DNA of 63,520 nt, the filler included, from Hyphochytrium catenoides (Eukaryota; Protista; Hyphochytriomycota), in assembly GCA_900088475.1 (NCBI GenBank). It is 16 parts of 16 records of this genome, joined end to end, with 100 filler letters (N's around TTAATTAATTAA, not from the genome) between each part and the next. Parts side by side here need not be neighbours in the genome. Positions count along the whole stretch, not along the records: positions 7,295 to 11,740 come from FLMG01001303.1; positions 11,841 to 20,651 come from FLMG01001026.1; positions 20,752 to 22,022 come from FLMG01004333.1; positions 22,123 to 23,371 come from FLMG01001079.1; positions 23,472 to 27,364 come from FLMG01000396.1; 11 more parts are not named here. One strand, 5' to 3'. Positions 10,871-24,014 of this stretch are shown here, piece by piece. The notes under the pieces were generated by a model, which ran no database searches, was not told where the DNA came from, and saw only the letters and a list, made by a program, of their open reading frames with translations. The position numbers and the translations under genes were made by a program. How positions within the stretch are numbered: position 1 is the first letter of the stretch; the number at the start of each line of letters is the position of its first letter.

Positions 10871-13800
10871 TTTCCTCGGGTTTGCGGTGCTCCAACGAGA
10901 GGACAGGAAGAATATAGAAAGCTTCGAAGCTTGCGGCTGGGCAGGTATTCTTACTGGGAACGTTCCTACTACTACTGGTCTCGTGATTGCCGCGTCAGTG
11001 GACGTATAAGTAATCTGAGTCGCACACCAGAAGATGCTCCCTCCTGCTGTGGTGGTGGTGGGTTGATGGTTGAGATGTAGTAGCTGCTTGCTTTCTATGT
11101 GTTAGGTGCTCACAGGGCAAAGAGATTGCTCAAAGGCTAAGGCGGTCAAGCTGTCCACTCAATGACGATAGGCGGTTGGCAGGCTGACCTGACTGAAGCT
11201 CAGGAATTCAGAGAGTGACGTACTATCCTATCTGCGGAGAGAAGAGGTGTCGCCCTCATGTTGCTAAATGGTTCTTGTCTCTCGCCCGGGTATCCGATGG
11301 AATGGCTCTTTCTCTGTAGTAGATAATTGCAATACCAACGCTGCTCCCACAGCTCCCGCAACGCCAGCAGCATTGCTCATAGCCCCTGAACATCGCTTAA
11401 CTATCTCAGCGTTTTTGGTCTTTGTAATGTACCGCTTAAAAAGCTTGTCCTCCCCAGGCCTTCTCCCTACTGGCTACTCTAGGAAAGAAATCAAGGTTGC
11501 ATCTATGCGCGCACCTCCCTCCGCCGTCGCCAGCTGCACTTTTGATCGGTCCTGAAGAACTCTGAATCTCTTTGTTTTATAAATCTGGTGAATAATGAAC
11601 AGATTATTGTCTTCCTACTGGAGGTAGAAGTCAAGGAAATCCAGCTAGGGGCTTGCGAGAAACGCCTTTCATTGTGGGTCAGCTCAACAGTTCCTCGCTC
11701 ACTCTACGCCCATTTATAACCATTTCCACTACTCGTTCCCNNNNNNNNNNNNNNNNNNNNNNNNNNNNNNNNNNNNNNNNNNNNTTAATTAATTAANNNN
11801 NNNNNNNNNNNNNNNNNNNNNNNNNNNNNNNNNNNNNNNNGGCGGCCGGGGAAGATCCTCAGAAGGCGGTTGCGGCGGAGGGAGAACTGGATAATAAAAG
11901 TAGTAGGATTGAGGCTTGTAGGATGATGGAATCAGGTGTGGGTTATATATTCCACTGATGACAGGAATGCAGGCGGTCCAATAGTAGTGAGAAGATAACG
12001 ACTACTTGTACTAGAACTATTCCTTTCAGAATAGTTCCTAGCCTTTGTTACCTTGATATGGAATGGAGGGTAAATCACTTCTTCGCCTCCGTCATGACGA
12101 TAGTATGAGCAGCATTTCCTCCTCAAAGCCCATCCCTCTTTTCGCCGCTGATCTACGAATAATTCTAAGATGGGCCAGTGCTTACTACTCTTCCTTCCCT
12201 GTCCTCACCTCTAGAGCTTGGCTTGTGATGCCCGGTGGAGTTCTGATACTCATTCTTTCTACCACATGTAGAACTACTTACTGTGCTTCGATTGTCGCCG
12301 CACAGTAGTTCTAGTAGTCGTGTATTTTTATGATGAGCAGAGGATATAGTGGGTGGAGCAGGAGGAAGCGTGGTCTTCTTTTTTGAGAAGCAGGATGGCG
12401 GATGGGTGCTTTTATTATGATGAATGTTGAGCGTGATGCTCTTTCCGGTAAGCAGGATAGATGCCTATGAGAAATAATGAACTTTCGACAATCTCGAGGG
12501 TAGTAACGCTTCGGCAAGCTTGCAGAAAGGGTCAGCATTCTCTTCTTTTAGATCTGATGTGGAAAGGAACCCCCCCCCCCTCCCCACGCCATTTGTTAGG
12601 AAGGCTGTCTCTGCTGGTGGCGCAGCTTTAGACAGAGCTTCAATAAAGTAGAATAGCAGCTATAGCGTGCGAGGCAGCAGTACCTCTCCCAAGGGTGTAG
12701 GGGAAGAGGAGGAGGCGACGATGACGTTAAAGAGCACGCGATTAAGAATATCTGAGGGGATGAGAGTGAGAGGAGAGAACCGGTAAGGACAACGACGGTT
12801 TCCCAGGTGTTGGCTCAAACAAGACATACAATGCGGGCAGGCAGTCAGACACTTCTTCCTGTAGTGCATTTGAAAGAAGAGGAAGAGAAGTCATTGAAGG
12901 ATGAACGGAGGAAGGAGACAGAGTGAAGAGCGACAGAAGAGAGACCTCGAAGCGAGGGCAGAAGAAGGCCACACGACGACGAGGAACTTCTTCCTGTATC
13001 TCGACAGGGAGAATAAGGCTGCAAACAGCTCTTCGTAAAGCGCTAGGGGGTATTGGAAGCAGGAAGCAGCAGAGATGATTTTCTATATATATTATGGAGA
13101 GAGAAGAATTGGGCAGACGAAGAGGAAAGTTGACATAAGAAAGTGTAATTGGGAGAGGAGGTAAACAATCGAAGGACTAAACGTAGTAGAAGAGGGTGGT
13201 AGAGCAGTGGTGGGCCAAGTATAAAAGGGACGAAGGCGGTGGAACCAAAGTAAACTTGAGATTAAGAATGTTATGGGGTTAAGAAAAGAGCAGTCCAGAA
13301 GGAACAAAATAGCAGCTGATGACAAGAGCACAATCTGTTCAGAGATCAGCAGCTGTGAAGACTAGATTCTGTGACAGCAAGATAAATGAAAGAGCCAAGG
13401 CAGAGGAGAGAAGGGGAAGCAGGGGCAAAACAAACGCGGAAGAGAGCTAACGACAGGTTGCGGTGACTTGTGGGAGTCAAGGTAAAACAAGATGCAGGAA
13501 CCAGGAAATGCCGTGATGGTTGATAATAAGAAGTCTAATCAGCACCAGTAATGAAAGGCGGAGCTCAAGGGCTACGAAGGAGATGGCTCCCGTCCACCAT
13601 GAAAGGAAGTTATTTGGCATAGTTCCCCTTCTCCGCCTGCCACTTTGACAAATGTCGAAGAGAAAGTAGTAGGGAGGAATGCGAACTGGCGCACAAGCGC
13701 CAGGGTCCTCTCTCCGTTTATTTCTCCTCTGGGGTACATAGAGTAAAGTCTGCACCAACTTCTCAAGACTAAGCTCCTTTATAATGATTCATCAGTCTGT

Positions 13801-14919
13801 TTTTCTTCATATTTGCCTCCTGTCTTTCTGTTCCGCCTTGCTTTCTTACTTTTACTCTCTTTCTCTTCTCCTTATTGTGTTGCTCTATATCTCCCTTTCC
13901 TCTTCAAATTGGCCCTCTGCCTTCTTCCTTTTTCGGTCTTACCTGGCCTCTTCCCTATCTAGTGCTGGGTCTTTTCCTCTTTCTCTCTGCTTATCTCTTC
14001 ACCATGAATGACTGCCTTTCTTCTTACTCTTCCTCCTGCAGCAGGCCTTCTTCTTGCTTCTCTTTCCCCTTCTCCCTAGTTATTTTCTGTCGCTGTTCGC
14101 AGATTGACAGGCAGAGCACTAAGAGAGACACAGTCATTGAGTCAATTGACACATAATCATCATCAAGTCCCTTTGTTACATGTACATCTAGACAGAGCTC
14201 CCGACTTCATCAATATCTACCTCTGCTAAAGGTCGTCAGGTTTCTCTTCACTCCCTCCTTTCTTCAGTGTGTCTGTCTCTCTTCCTGTCTTTTAATTCTC
14301 TCTCTCTCTCTCTCTCTCTCTCAGCAGTTAAAATCTCCGTCACTTTCTTTTCTCCTCGTTTTCTCGCGTTATTTTGCCTCCTTTATTCTTCTTTGCACGC
14401 TCTCTCCCTCCTCGTTCAATGTCTCCTTCCCTCCTCAGTCATGAACCTTCCTCTATCCTCTCCCTCTCACTGCTACTCTCCCAACCACTTTCAAAATGCC
14501 ATCGCGCATACTCTTCCTAACCCTAAGCTCTGTCTTCTTTATGATAGATTGACATTGAGCCAAGCACGAGATTCAAGTCAGAGTTGGGTTGCGCTCCCTG
14601 CGAAATTGATCAGGTAGAGTGAAGATGTAGAGGAGGAGAGTAAAGATTTCTCTTCTCAGGTGGTTGACTCGTCTCCCATCGCCTTCACCATGACCCTCTC
14701 TCTCGTTGTGTCGTCTGTTTGCCTTTCTCTCTTTCTCGCTCTTTCCTTTCTCCTTTCCTTGCCTCCCATTTCTTCCCGGACTTTCGTCTTTCCTCCGTGC
14801 CCCCTCCTTTTCGCATTCTTCTACACTCCTTAACTTAGTTATACCCTGTAATAGGAGCTATATGAACCATCGCTTTCCGCCTCAGCAGGTCTCACCACGT
14901 GCCTCTCTTTCTTAAGATG

Positions 14920-14967
<48 letters not shown>

Positions 14968-15039
14968 TAAACATATAGAGAGAGAGACATGTTTTTTGTC
15001 TCCTTCAGTGCATTCCACAACTCCTTCTTTTTTTTGCTC

Positions 15040-15960
15040 CCTCTTAATCTTGCACTCCTCCTGGTGCTATCCTCTTGGTGCCTCTAAGTTCAATCTCCCT
15101 TGGTGTCTCTATCGCTTGGGGGTTGATAAGTAATCTGTATGCTGTTGCATGCTTCACTTGTTCCGGATAGGCCCTCCATGTCCCACTTGCCTTACTTCTT
15201 AGGGTTGTAACACTTCCTCTTTTTGTTGTCTTCCGTGTCTGCACCCTCTGGGTGGTTCTCTTAGCTTGATCTCCGCCTTGGCTCACTCTTACTCGGCTCT
15301 TCTCCATATACATTGGTTCATTCAGGCCGGATCACATCTCCTTCATTTCGCCCTCCTGGCTACCCTTCCTTGTCCTAGTGAATGGCTCACCATTCTTCGC
15401 TTTCTTGTAAGCCTTTCCTACATCCGGCTGCCCCCTTGAGCTTCGCTTTCTCTTCTTGCTTTATATTGCTTAGCCTTGATTGCTGTCCTAGCTGGCCGTA
15501 CTCTTACAATCTATTCAGCTCTCCTTCCTTTCCACGCTGCTGCTTTGAGGATCACAAATACTGAACAAAATCAATATCCCTCCTCCCTCCCAATCAGTGT
15601 CTTTTCACTTGAGGCCCTCCGCCTCCCTCTCCTCTGTCTCTTTTGTGCTCTCTGTCTCGTCGAAGTTGACTTATGCTTTCCTTCCTTTCCGTCCGCTTGC
15701 TCCTACTGGACATTTCCTACCTGTTGCCCTGAATTTGCTTTACCTCATCATCTTCCTCTTTGCGTTCACATAGACACGATATTGTTTTAGACCTACACAT
15801 GCCCCTAGTACGTTGTATAGGGTTAGCCTTCAATAGATATCCCGGTACTTCTTCTCTCGCTGCTTCTGACAATTTTTCTTTGATATCGAGCTCCCCATCA
15901 CCTCCCTTGAGTGTATGTCCCCTCTCATCCCGGGCATTCTTCTGTCTCTATAATCACACT
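15040..15960 (-). mobile_element. Heavily decayed LTR-retrotransposon gag remnant (possible)
   Basis: The minus strand gives KKRKCYNPKK*GKWDMEG (eroded CCHC knuckle pattern), preceded by GLNEPMY..AKAEIKLRE, with many stops and frameshifts. Confidence 0.3.
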
Positions 15961-16006
15961 AATGTATAGATGGCGGGCATTGCTTTTTCTATTTGCTTCT
16001 GACTTA

Positions 16007-16435
16007 TTACTTCCAGAAAAAAGCAAGGGAATAAAAAAAAGATAGAAGCAAGCATAACAAAAGGAGAAGCCCGCTACGACGTTTTGGACTGTCTAATCCC
16101 CGGTGCACCATCAAGATAGGAAAGGAGTCATCATAGCTGATTTCCTCAACACTTACAATCGGAGAGAGAGGAGGGGAAGAAAGGGCACACAAGACCATCA
16201 TAACTGTCGAGTAGGCGAGCAAGAGAAAGGGTACTGGTGAAGAGGATGCTTCAATAAATATATCAGCGCATTTGTTCTGGCACGCGGTGGCTGACCTGCC
16301 AATGAAGGCTTAGCGTTGGGGTCAATAACCTCCGCTCGCTTCTGGGTGCTGCGGCACTTGTCGGTGCTGACGCCTCAGCGGACTTCTGGGTTGGTCTTGC
16401 ATGAAAATAGGGTCAAATCGTCAATGTTGGTACGT
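16007..16435 (-). mobile_element. 3' end of a decayed CRE-clade non-LTR retrotransposon
   Basis: IDDLTLFSC...ARTNALIYLLKH...SPIVSVEEISYDDSF aligns by eye with VDELVKLQC...EENNALQILKRL...SFVITEEFIYDSSF of the copy at 29300-29900. Confidence 0.5.
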
Positions 16436-16439
16436 GATA

Positions 16440-19400
16440 CCAGGCCGGCCTAAACCTGGAACTGATCTGGCACCTAGTTCGGCAACTAGGCCCAAGCAGT
16501 CGGTTGCGGCTGGCATTTAAATTGGCAGCTAAGCTGGCGCTGCTTAAGGACTATGGTCAATCACGAATGGTTAGCCTGGGACCAAGCTACCGCGGTAAGT
16601 CGGCTGCCACTGGGACTGACACCACCTAGGAGCCATCTAGGCAGGCAATTAGATGTAGGCGAAATATCGGAAAATGTTAGAACTTCCTGGCGCCGTTAGA
16701 GGATGGGAAGGGGGTGACTTCGCTCCTCAGTCTCAGATTTGCTCGGTCAGCCTCAGCCTTTGGCGCCTGCCCAGAACCTAGATACAGTGGCAATAGAGAG
16801 GGCAGGCACAGCTGACTACACCCATGCAGCGCAGTAGAAATAGTCAACTGAGCATCTTCGCGCTTTCGCTGCTTTACTGCAGAGGATATGGTTCCAACGA
16901 GATGCCCAGGATGGCAACACAAAGGCCACTACCCTTTGGAAGCTCAGCGCACTTCTCTGGCTTCAACGCTTCTCTCCACGCGCGGAACATCCCTCTCACC
17001 CCGGGCTTCGCGCTCCTAAGACAGGGCCTTAGCCGCGAATCCGCTCCCACTACTCGGAAGAAGCCCGTAGCCGTGCCAATCCTGCTGCGCTTCTCGAACG
17101 TTTTTTCTTGGTACACACCACAGCCCCGAACCCTATGGAGCCTCACTATTCTGGCCTACTTCTTCCTCCTCAGAAGGTCGGAGTACTGCCTCATGGCGGC
17201 CGAGACCCAGACAATTCGGCGAGAACGGTAGTCCTACTTCTTCCTCCTCAGAAGGTCGGAGTACTGCCTCATGGGGGCTCAGACCCAGCACTTCGGCGAG
17301 AATGGTAGGGCCCAACCAGGCAGGAGGCTCTCCAACTACATTCGCTGGGCCGAGTGTGCATACAACCCACTGCTACGACGACCTGATCTCTATCCCCCAA
17401 GAGCCTCTTCCAGCTTGACCCAGCTTAGCGGCAAGGAGAGCTCCCAGGCTAATTTTGTCAAGCGCCAGTTTGATGCCCCCAGCCAAAGGCTTGTCATACA
17501 TTGTATGGTCTGTCACGTCATCCAGGTGAGCAGAAGGAATTCCACTAATCTGGTATTAATCTTTGCTGAAAACTACGCCGGATACAGCTAGCCTGACAAG
17601 TAGACTAGAAGATACGCAGGGACCTAGGCGTCGACACCAAGAGCAAGAACCAAGTAGTCTCCGAAGCCGGTACTACCCAAGGGTGGCATTTAGGCTGGCC
17701 CTAAGCCTGGGAATTGTCACACACCTAGTAGGTTAGCACTAGGTGTGGCCCTACTGCCAGCCTGGAGGACAAACTACGCTGACAACTAAAGCTGATAGTG
17801 AGTATGACAGGTGGTCGGCTTCCACGTAATTCCGGTATGAGGCTTGGCATCTTCTAAGCTGCTACATATGCATGCCGTTTGGTCGTAGGGTTTACTACCT
17901 AAGCATGATAGCAACTAAGTGTGATCTTAAGGGTGGCACCTGGGCCGACACTGAGGCAAGTTGACGCTAATAAAAGCGACGGGAGAAGATCAGCAATAAT
18001 GCTGGTACTGGCCCTAATGCCGGAACTAAGAATCGACTGGCACCTACAATAACTACCTAGGCAACCACCTATCCTGGCATCGGGGCTGACGCCAAGGAGG
18101 CCAATTAAGCATCTGCGACTCGACTGCCGGTGATCTGAGGTGCTGGACACCTTGGGGTGGTATATAAGCGGGCAATTACCGGTGGTACCACGCCATGCAA
18201 TCAAGTTGGCTCCTAGGCTAATACATATTTTCCCTATTACAGAGATTGAGACGTACGCTGCAAGTTCGACTAATACTTGCTAAGGCTGGCAGCAGCAAGA
18301 CCGGCATCAAAACCAACTCCAAGGCGTATACATCTTGAAACCGACAATGGTCTTTTCCGGCCTACAGCTGCGATTTGAGATCGACAACTCTAAGCTGCTG
18401 GCACTTCATTGGCTGCTGGCACCTGCGCTCGCACGTCGTAGGCTGGCATCGAGAGTGGTACCTAGGCTGCACCACCTCCACTGGCCACCATGACTGGCGC
18501 TAAGTGGGAGGCCTATAGCAACTAGACTAACACGTAAGAGTTTGCACCTAATCTGGAATCGTAGGCTAGTAGTATCGAGGCAGGTATCTAGGCTCCACCT
18601 CACGGTTACCACCATGACTGGCGCTAACGAGGGGGCCTCTGACAACTACTAGACCAATACGGAGGAGTTTGCACCTCACCTGTACGCGTATCTTAGGACT
18701 TAGATGGGTTGTCCGGTGGCACGGAAGTCCGACGCCAAGGCTTGACAACCAAGGCTGGCGTCAATGCTGACATCAAGGCTGGCACCTAGGCTAGTTCCTG
18801 GTAAGCTGACACCTACGCCCGGAAGCAGACTGGCACCAAAGGAGGGCACCTAATAAGCTGTAGGCTGGCACCCAACACTGCCGTTTAGTCTAACACCTAA
18901 GGCAGCTATCTAGATATCATTTGAGAATGTCGCGTACAATACTAGTTTCTATGGCAGTACCTAGCCGGATGCCTACGCTGACACATAGGCTACTAGTACG
19001 TATACCTCCGCTTGATACCTAGACTAACACCTAAAAATTGGCACGTATAGTATATTAAGGCTGTAACGTAGGCTAGCACCTATGCTGTTCGGCACTTATG
19101 TTGGCACATGCTGGGGCATAATCTGGCACCAGCGACGTTTGACAGCAAGCTGAAAGGCAACAACAACTGCAAAAGGCTGACGGGTCCCTAGGCGGGGCTA
19201 GTAATCACGTTGAGGATAGAACTTACCGCCAAACATGAGTTCCCATCCTCAGCTTCGTCTTACCTTTACGGCAGCCATACTTTCTGCCTTCTCTCTGCCT
19301 TGGTCTGTCCCTATAAATCACTGGTGCTCCTAGCTGGTGCCCTGTTATTATCTACTACAAACCTCATTAGATTTGAGTTAGCACGTGATTGTAGACGTTA

Positions 19401-20651
19401 CCACGCTTTTCAGTGATGCGAGGCCCGCCTTCTGTGTCTGATCTTGCCCATTCAGACCGCAAGGTTGTCTAACCCTTGTTTCTTTAGCCAACCAACAATG
19501 CTATTCTAGACCGACACTACTTGCCCTTTGAAAGAAGAAACGATATCGCTACTTCCCGTAAAGATTGCTACATAAGCTGGGAGGACTGACACAAACACGT
19601 GCGCTAATATGCTAGCACCATGGCACCAACTGTATGATAAGGAAGGCTAAGGTGCTTGTGAACAACTCTACTTGAACAACTACTTACTGCTGAAGTACAC
19701 GACTCTTCGTGTTGAAGCTGGAGCATGGTACCGCCTGTATAAAGAGCGTCAGTGCTCATGCTTCTGGACTTGATTGCGTCCGACCGAAGCGGTGCTGGTC
19801 CAAGCTTTTCGAGAAAGAGCAAGGATCTCCATCTCTTATTACGCACCCAGAATGCCCTAAATATTCTGCGGATGACAATGTTCCTTTGTCTATTGTAATT
19901 TTATGACAATCCCCCAAAGGCTGGTACCTAATAGGCTGGTTCGTAGGGCTGGCTCTGAGACTGGGAACCTAGGCTCGAACCAAGGCAGTAACCATCGCTG
20001 GCACCAAGCGGGATCAGACAGAATTCGCGTCAAAGAGGGCACTTATGCTGGTTTTCAGGCTGGCACCTAGACTGGGTAGCTGGCCACATGCGGCGACCCC
20101 TACCTTCAATTACACGACCATTAAAGGCGGGCATTAAAGGCGGGCATTTAAGGCGGCTGTCAAGGCGGATTTCTAGCCAGCTAAGGCTGCATCTATGGCG
20201 GTCTCATGCTTTCTTTTTAGGCTTAGGCTGAGACAGTGGCTGCAGCCGATCCCAGCACTTGCGGTTGTCATCTTAGCTGGGCTGTGCCTAAGGTTTGCAC
20301 AATGACTGGGGCCAGGCTACCTTGAAAGATGGCACTTATAGCCGACAGCAAGACTGACACCAATGCTGGCACAAAGACGCGTACCAGGTCTGGCATCTAC
20401 TTGCAAAGTAATGCGGTTGTTGGAATCAAGGCTGACACTAAGCGAAAACGTAGTTTGGCACCGTCGCTGCGCTGATACCTGAGCTGAGCTGAACTTTGCG
20501 TGCTGATTGAGAGGCAGTGCTGGATTCTGCTCTTCGTAGGAGAATGATGGATGTATGAATGAATTGATCAACTGACAAGTGCTCACTAGGCTTTCATCTA
20601 ACCTGGTGAAACAGAATATCATCTAGCCTAAAGATGGGACTTAGGATGGCC
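16440..20651 (-). repeat. Highly degenerate 12-bp-period repeat (consensus ~GCTGGCACCTAG), probably a fossil tetrapeptide-repeat coding sequence, interrupted by insertions
   Basis: Dozens of (g/a)ctg(g/a)cac(c/t)(t/a)ag variants, e.g. 18751-18900, 19920-20080, 20340-20470. Also an internal ~127-bp duplication at ~18455-18700. Confidence 0.7.
17155..17309. repeat. 78-bp direct tandem repeat (2 copies)
   Basis: cctacttcttcctcctcagaaggtcggagtactgcctcatgg... starts at 17155 and 17233. Confidence 0.95.
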
Positions 20652-20751
20652 NNNNNNNNNNNNNNNNNNNNNNNNNNNNNNNNNNNNNNNNNNNNTTAAT
20701 TAATTAANNNNNNNNNNNNNNNNNNNNNNNNNNNNNNNNNNNNNNNNNNNN

Positions 20752-21021
20752 GATGGCGTGCGTGTAGGCTAGACCCACGAGGATGTGAGACAGAGCGGCA
20801 GAGACTAGCAGGGGATAGTTCTCTAGGATATGGGAAAGGTGTGCCTATATTTGGTGACACAGAAGGCAAGATAGAGCGCGGCAGCAGTGATCGAGAACTG
20901 GTGCAGGAGAGCGAGGTAGAAGGCCCAATTGTCGTCTAAAGGCGACGGCCAGTTTGAGAGAAAGGCTTGTGGACGGCCCTCCGGGACCGGGTTAGGCGAA
21001 GCCACGTTGGGGATCGCCATG
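20752..21021 (-). CDS. N-terminus of a probable multi-pass membrane protein (partial; apparent 2-nt frameshift)
   Basis: MAIPNVASPNP...WAFYLALLHQFSITAAALYLAFCVTKYRH is followed in another frame by LSHILENYPLLVSAALSHILVGLAYTHAI, giving two TM-like segments. Confidence 0.4.
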
Positions 21022-23221
21022 GTCGGTAGGGAGTTTGAATGATGGGAATAGCAGGAGAGGCAGATGGCAGAGAAGATGACCAAGAGACGAGCGAAAGATG
21101 ACACGTCAGAAAAAGCAAAAAGCGAGAGGCTCCATGGGGGCAACTAGAGGGATGAGAAGGTCTACAGCACGAAGAAGTGAGAGGGCGGCAGCAAAAATTT
21201 GAGACAAGCGGGCCGCCGATAGAAAGGAATAAGATCAAAAAAAAAGAGAGGAGATAGAAGAGTCTTCTCTCTTCTGTCAGCGAGTCTCCTCTCTACTTTT
21301 CAGCAGAAGGGCAAGGGACAATGACGGGGCCCAGCACTCTGTCTCGCCATGGGCTCTTGTCTCTACGTCCTCTGTCTACTATTGGACTAGAGCTTTAGGT
21401 TACGACGGCACCTGACCTTCGGGAGGAAAGTCTCTTCTACCTTGTTCCTCTCTCTTTCTCGTCTTCGAATGGAAGCAAAGAGCAACGCTATTGGAAGGAG
21501 CTGATGGCGGGGGCTCCTTTCCTCTTCTTTCTGAGCTTGATAAAGAAGACTCGCTGCAAGTCTCTTCCATCGGGGACCAGGGGAATTTTTAGAGAAGGAA
21601 GAAGAAAGAGAGAGCAGAGCACGCTGCCAGACGAAGCAAGAGAAGGAGAGGAGCTGGAAAAGAGTTGAGAACCATCTGTCGAAAGAAGAGGAAGAGAGAG
21701 AAGACGGACGGGTGGGGAGAGAGCTGGACGGTGCAGGCGTCCAGGCTCGGGGGCCACGCACCGGACGTTTGCTCTCTCCTCTTCTCTTTGCTCCATGATC
21801 TGTTGACTATAGGAGAGGAGAGAGAACATTAGGAGAGGAAGAGCGCGACGCAGCAAAGAGAAGAGGTACACGCGACACGAATAGGGAGAGAATTATAGTA
21901 GCTCATGAGAGGAAGAGACACAGAAGAAAGAGAGAGTAAAAGAGAAAAAAGAAAAAGTGGGAGTCAAGAGAAGAGAGAAAAATAGACTGAAACAGACAGA
22001 GAGAGAGAGAGAGAGAGAGAGANNNNNNNNNNNNNNNNNNNNNNNNNNNNNNNNNNNNNNNNNNNNTTAATTAATTAANNNNNNNNNNNNNNNNNNNNNN
22101 NNNNNNNNNNNNNNNNNNNNNNCCTAGTCATGATGATGGATGGGTCCTTCTTTCTTTTATCCCTGCCTCCTCCTCAATGGACAAACAGTCTTTATTTTAT
22201 CGAGGTTTATAAATACTGAGAAAGATGATGATGCTCCACAACAGTAAAGCATTGAGAACAACGTATTCCTTGCTTGGACCGAGTAGTGCAGCGAATCGGT
22301 TGATAAGAGGAAGCCTACTACTTGTATGGGTGGTGTTCACTATTATTATTGCCGCTGTTGGAGACCGAACGACGAGGAGAGCGCTGATGGTGGAAGGACT
22401 AGGAACTTAGCACGAGGCTCATCATACCAGAACTCGCTCGCTGCTCCTGGTGGTTCAACAACAAAATAAAATAGTTCTGGAAGAGAACTTTGATAGAGTA
22501 AAATCAAGCTTTCTTCTTTACTACTAACTGGGAAGTATCCCGCGTTATTCTCATTCGTCGGGAAGAGATGATCATTTCGGAGCGAGCAGCAGGCCCTCAC
22601 CAACATTTTATTAGATAATAACAACTCTGCTACTACTACTCCTCCTACACTAACCATCATAAGCACTGATTTGCATTATTCCCAGGGGACGAGAAGAACT
22701 CGTAAGAGAAAGAACAGGTGCAGCTGACACAATACTTTCCAGGAGTCACTCCTCCCCGCTCTGAGAGATTGAAAAAACGGTTGAAGGTCGGAGCTGGTGC
22801 CAAAGAAAAAGGTACCAGGGAGGAAGTTGTTGCCCGCCCCATCAGCTGTTGTGAACGGGTGGAAACGCTTTTCTGCATACTGAGAGAAGTGTTAATGAGT
22901 TGATGGTTGATGGGATGGTGGTGAATAATGCTAAGGACCACCGGCGATGTTAACGTAGTGGGTAACCAACAATGAAAGCTTATTATTAGTCCTAGAGTAA
23001 AAAGGCCAGGCAAAAAGGAGGGAGGGATCATTTGAGGAAGAGTCCAGGGAGAAGAAAGAAGAGAGAACAATAATTCATCAGGTTAGTGCCATACTTTTGG
23101 CCTTCTTCACCAATGATCAGGGCCCACACCAACAAGAAGGACTGAGGAACGAAGTTACTTCCCACACTGACCTCTACGAGAGGTCATTTACTATAAGGAT
23201 GCAACATTATCATTATTTTTT

Positions 23222-23371
23222 GGTTAATGTGGCCTTTATTACTAGAAAAAATTAAGGAGTGACTAGTAGACTACTGTTCAAAGAGGAAGAGAGATATGAA
23301 ATATGCACTACTCAAACGAAGAGAAACAAGAGAGACAAGTAGTTTTTGAGGTTAATGTGGCCTTTATTACT
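23222..23371. repeat. 22-bp direct repeat ggttaatgtggcctttattact (23222, 23350)
   Basis: Exact duplicate 128 bp apart at the contig end. Confidence 0.85.
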
Positions 23372-23678
23372 NNNNNNNNNNNNNNNNNNNNNNNNNNNNN
23401 NNNNNNNNNNNNNNNTTAATTAATTAANNNNNNNNNNNNNNNNNNNNNNNNNNNNNNNNNNNNNNNNNNNNCTCTCTCTCTCTCTTTAAGTCGTGCTCTA
23501 CATTTTTCTCTCTTCGCTTCTCATCCGTCTTTCCTTTTCTGTCTCTGTCTCTCTCTCCCTCCTTCCCGCTCTCTCTTCGCCCTCTTCTACAGGTGGCCTC
23601 TCACTTCCTTCTTAATTTTTCCCTCGCTTGTCTGTTTCTAGCATTTCATTTTTACGTCTGCTCTCGCCCTTTCATTCT

Positions 23679-23723
<45 letters not shown>

Positions 23724-23728
23724 CTTAC

Positions 23729-23969
23729 CTGTTCCACTCTGCTGCCTCTGGTACCTTCAAATGTTCTTGCAGAAGAATCCGGCCCACGTCAAAGCGTCTG
23801 AGGCAGACAAAAGACAGAAAGGGAAAAGAAGAAAGAAAAGGAAGAGAGAGAGAAAGTGCTATAAGAACTTCTAATGTTATGAGAGACAAGGAGTCCACAC
23901 ACGGCAATCAAAGAAGAACACCTAGCCGACGGAAGAAATGTAAGAAAGGAGAGAGAGAGAGAGACAGAG

Positions 23970-24014
<45 letters not shown>

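Noticed and set aside
11841-13330. Possible 5' zinc-finger region of a retroelement (KKCLTACPHCMSCLSQHL)
   Set aside because: Too decayed; no second motif to confirm it.
16440-20651. TAG-reassigned genetic code suggested by (GCT GGC ACC TAG)n
   Set aside because: Other ORFs here end at TAG (e.g. 9920) and conserved genes show no in-frame TAG. The minus-strand reading explains the pattern better.
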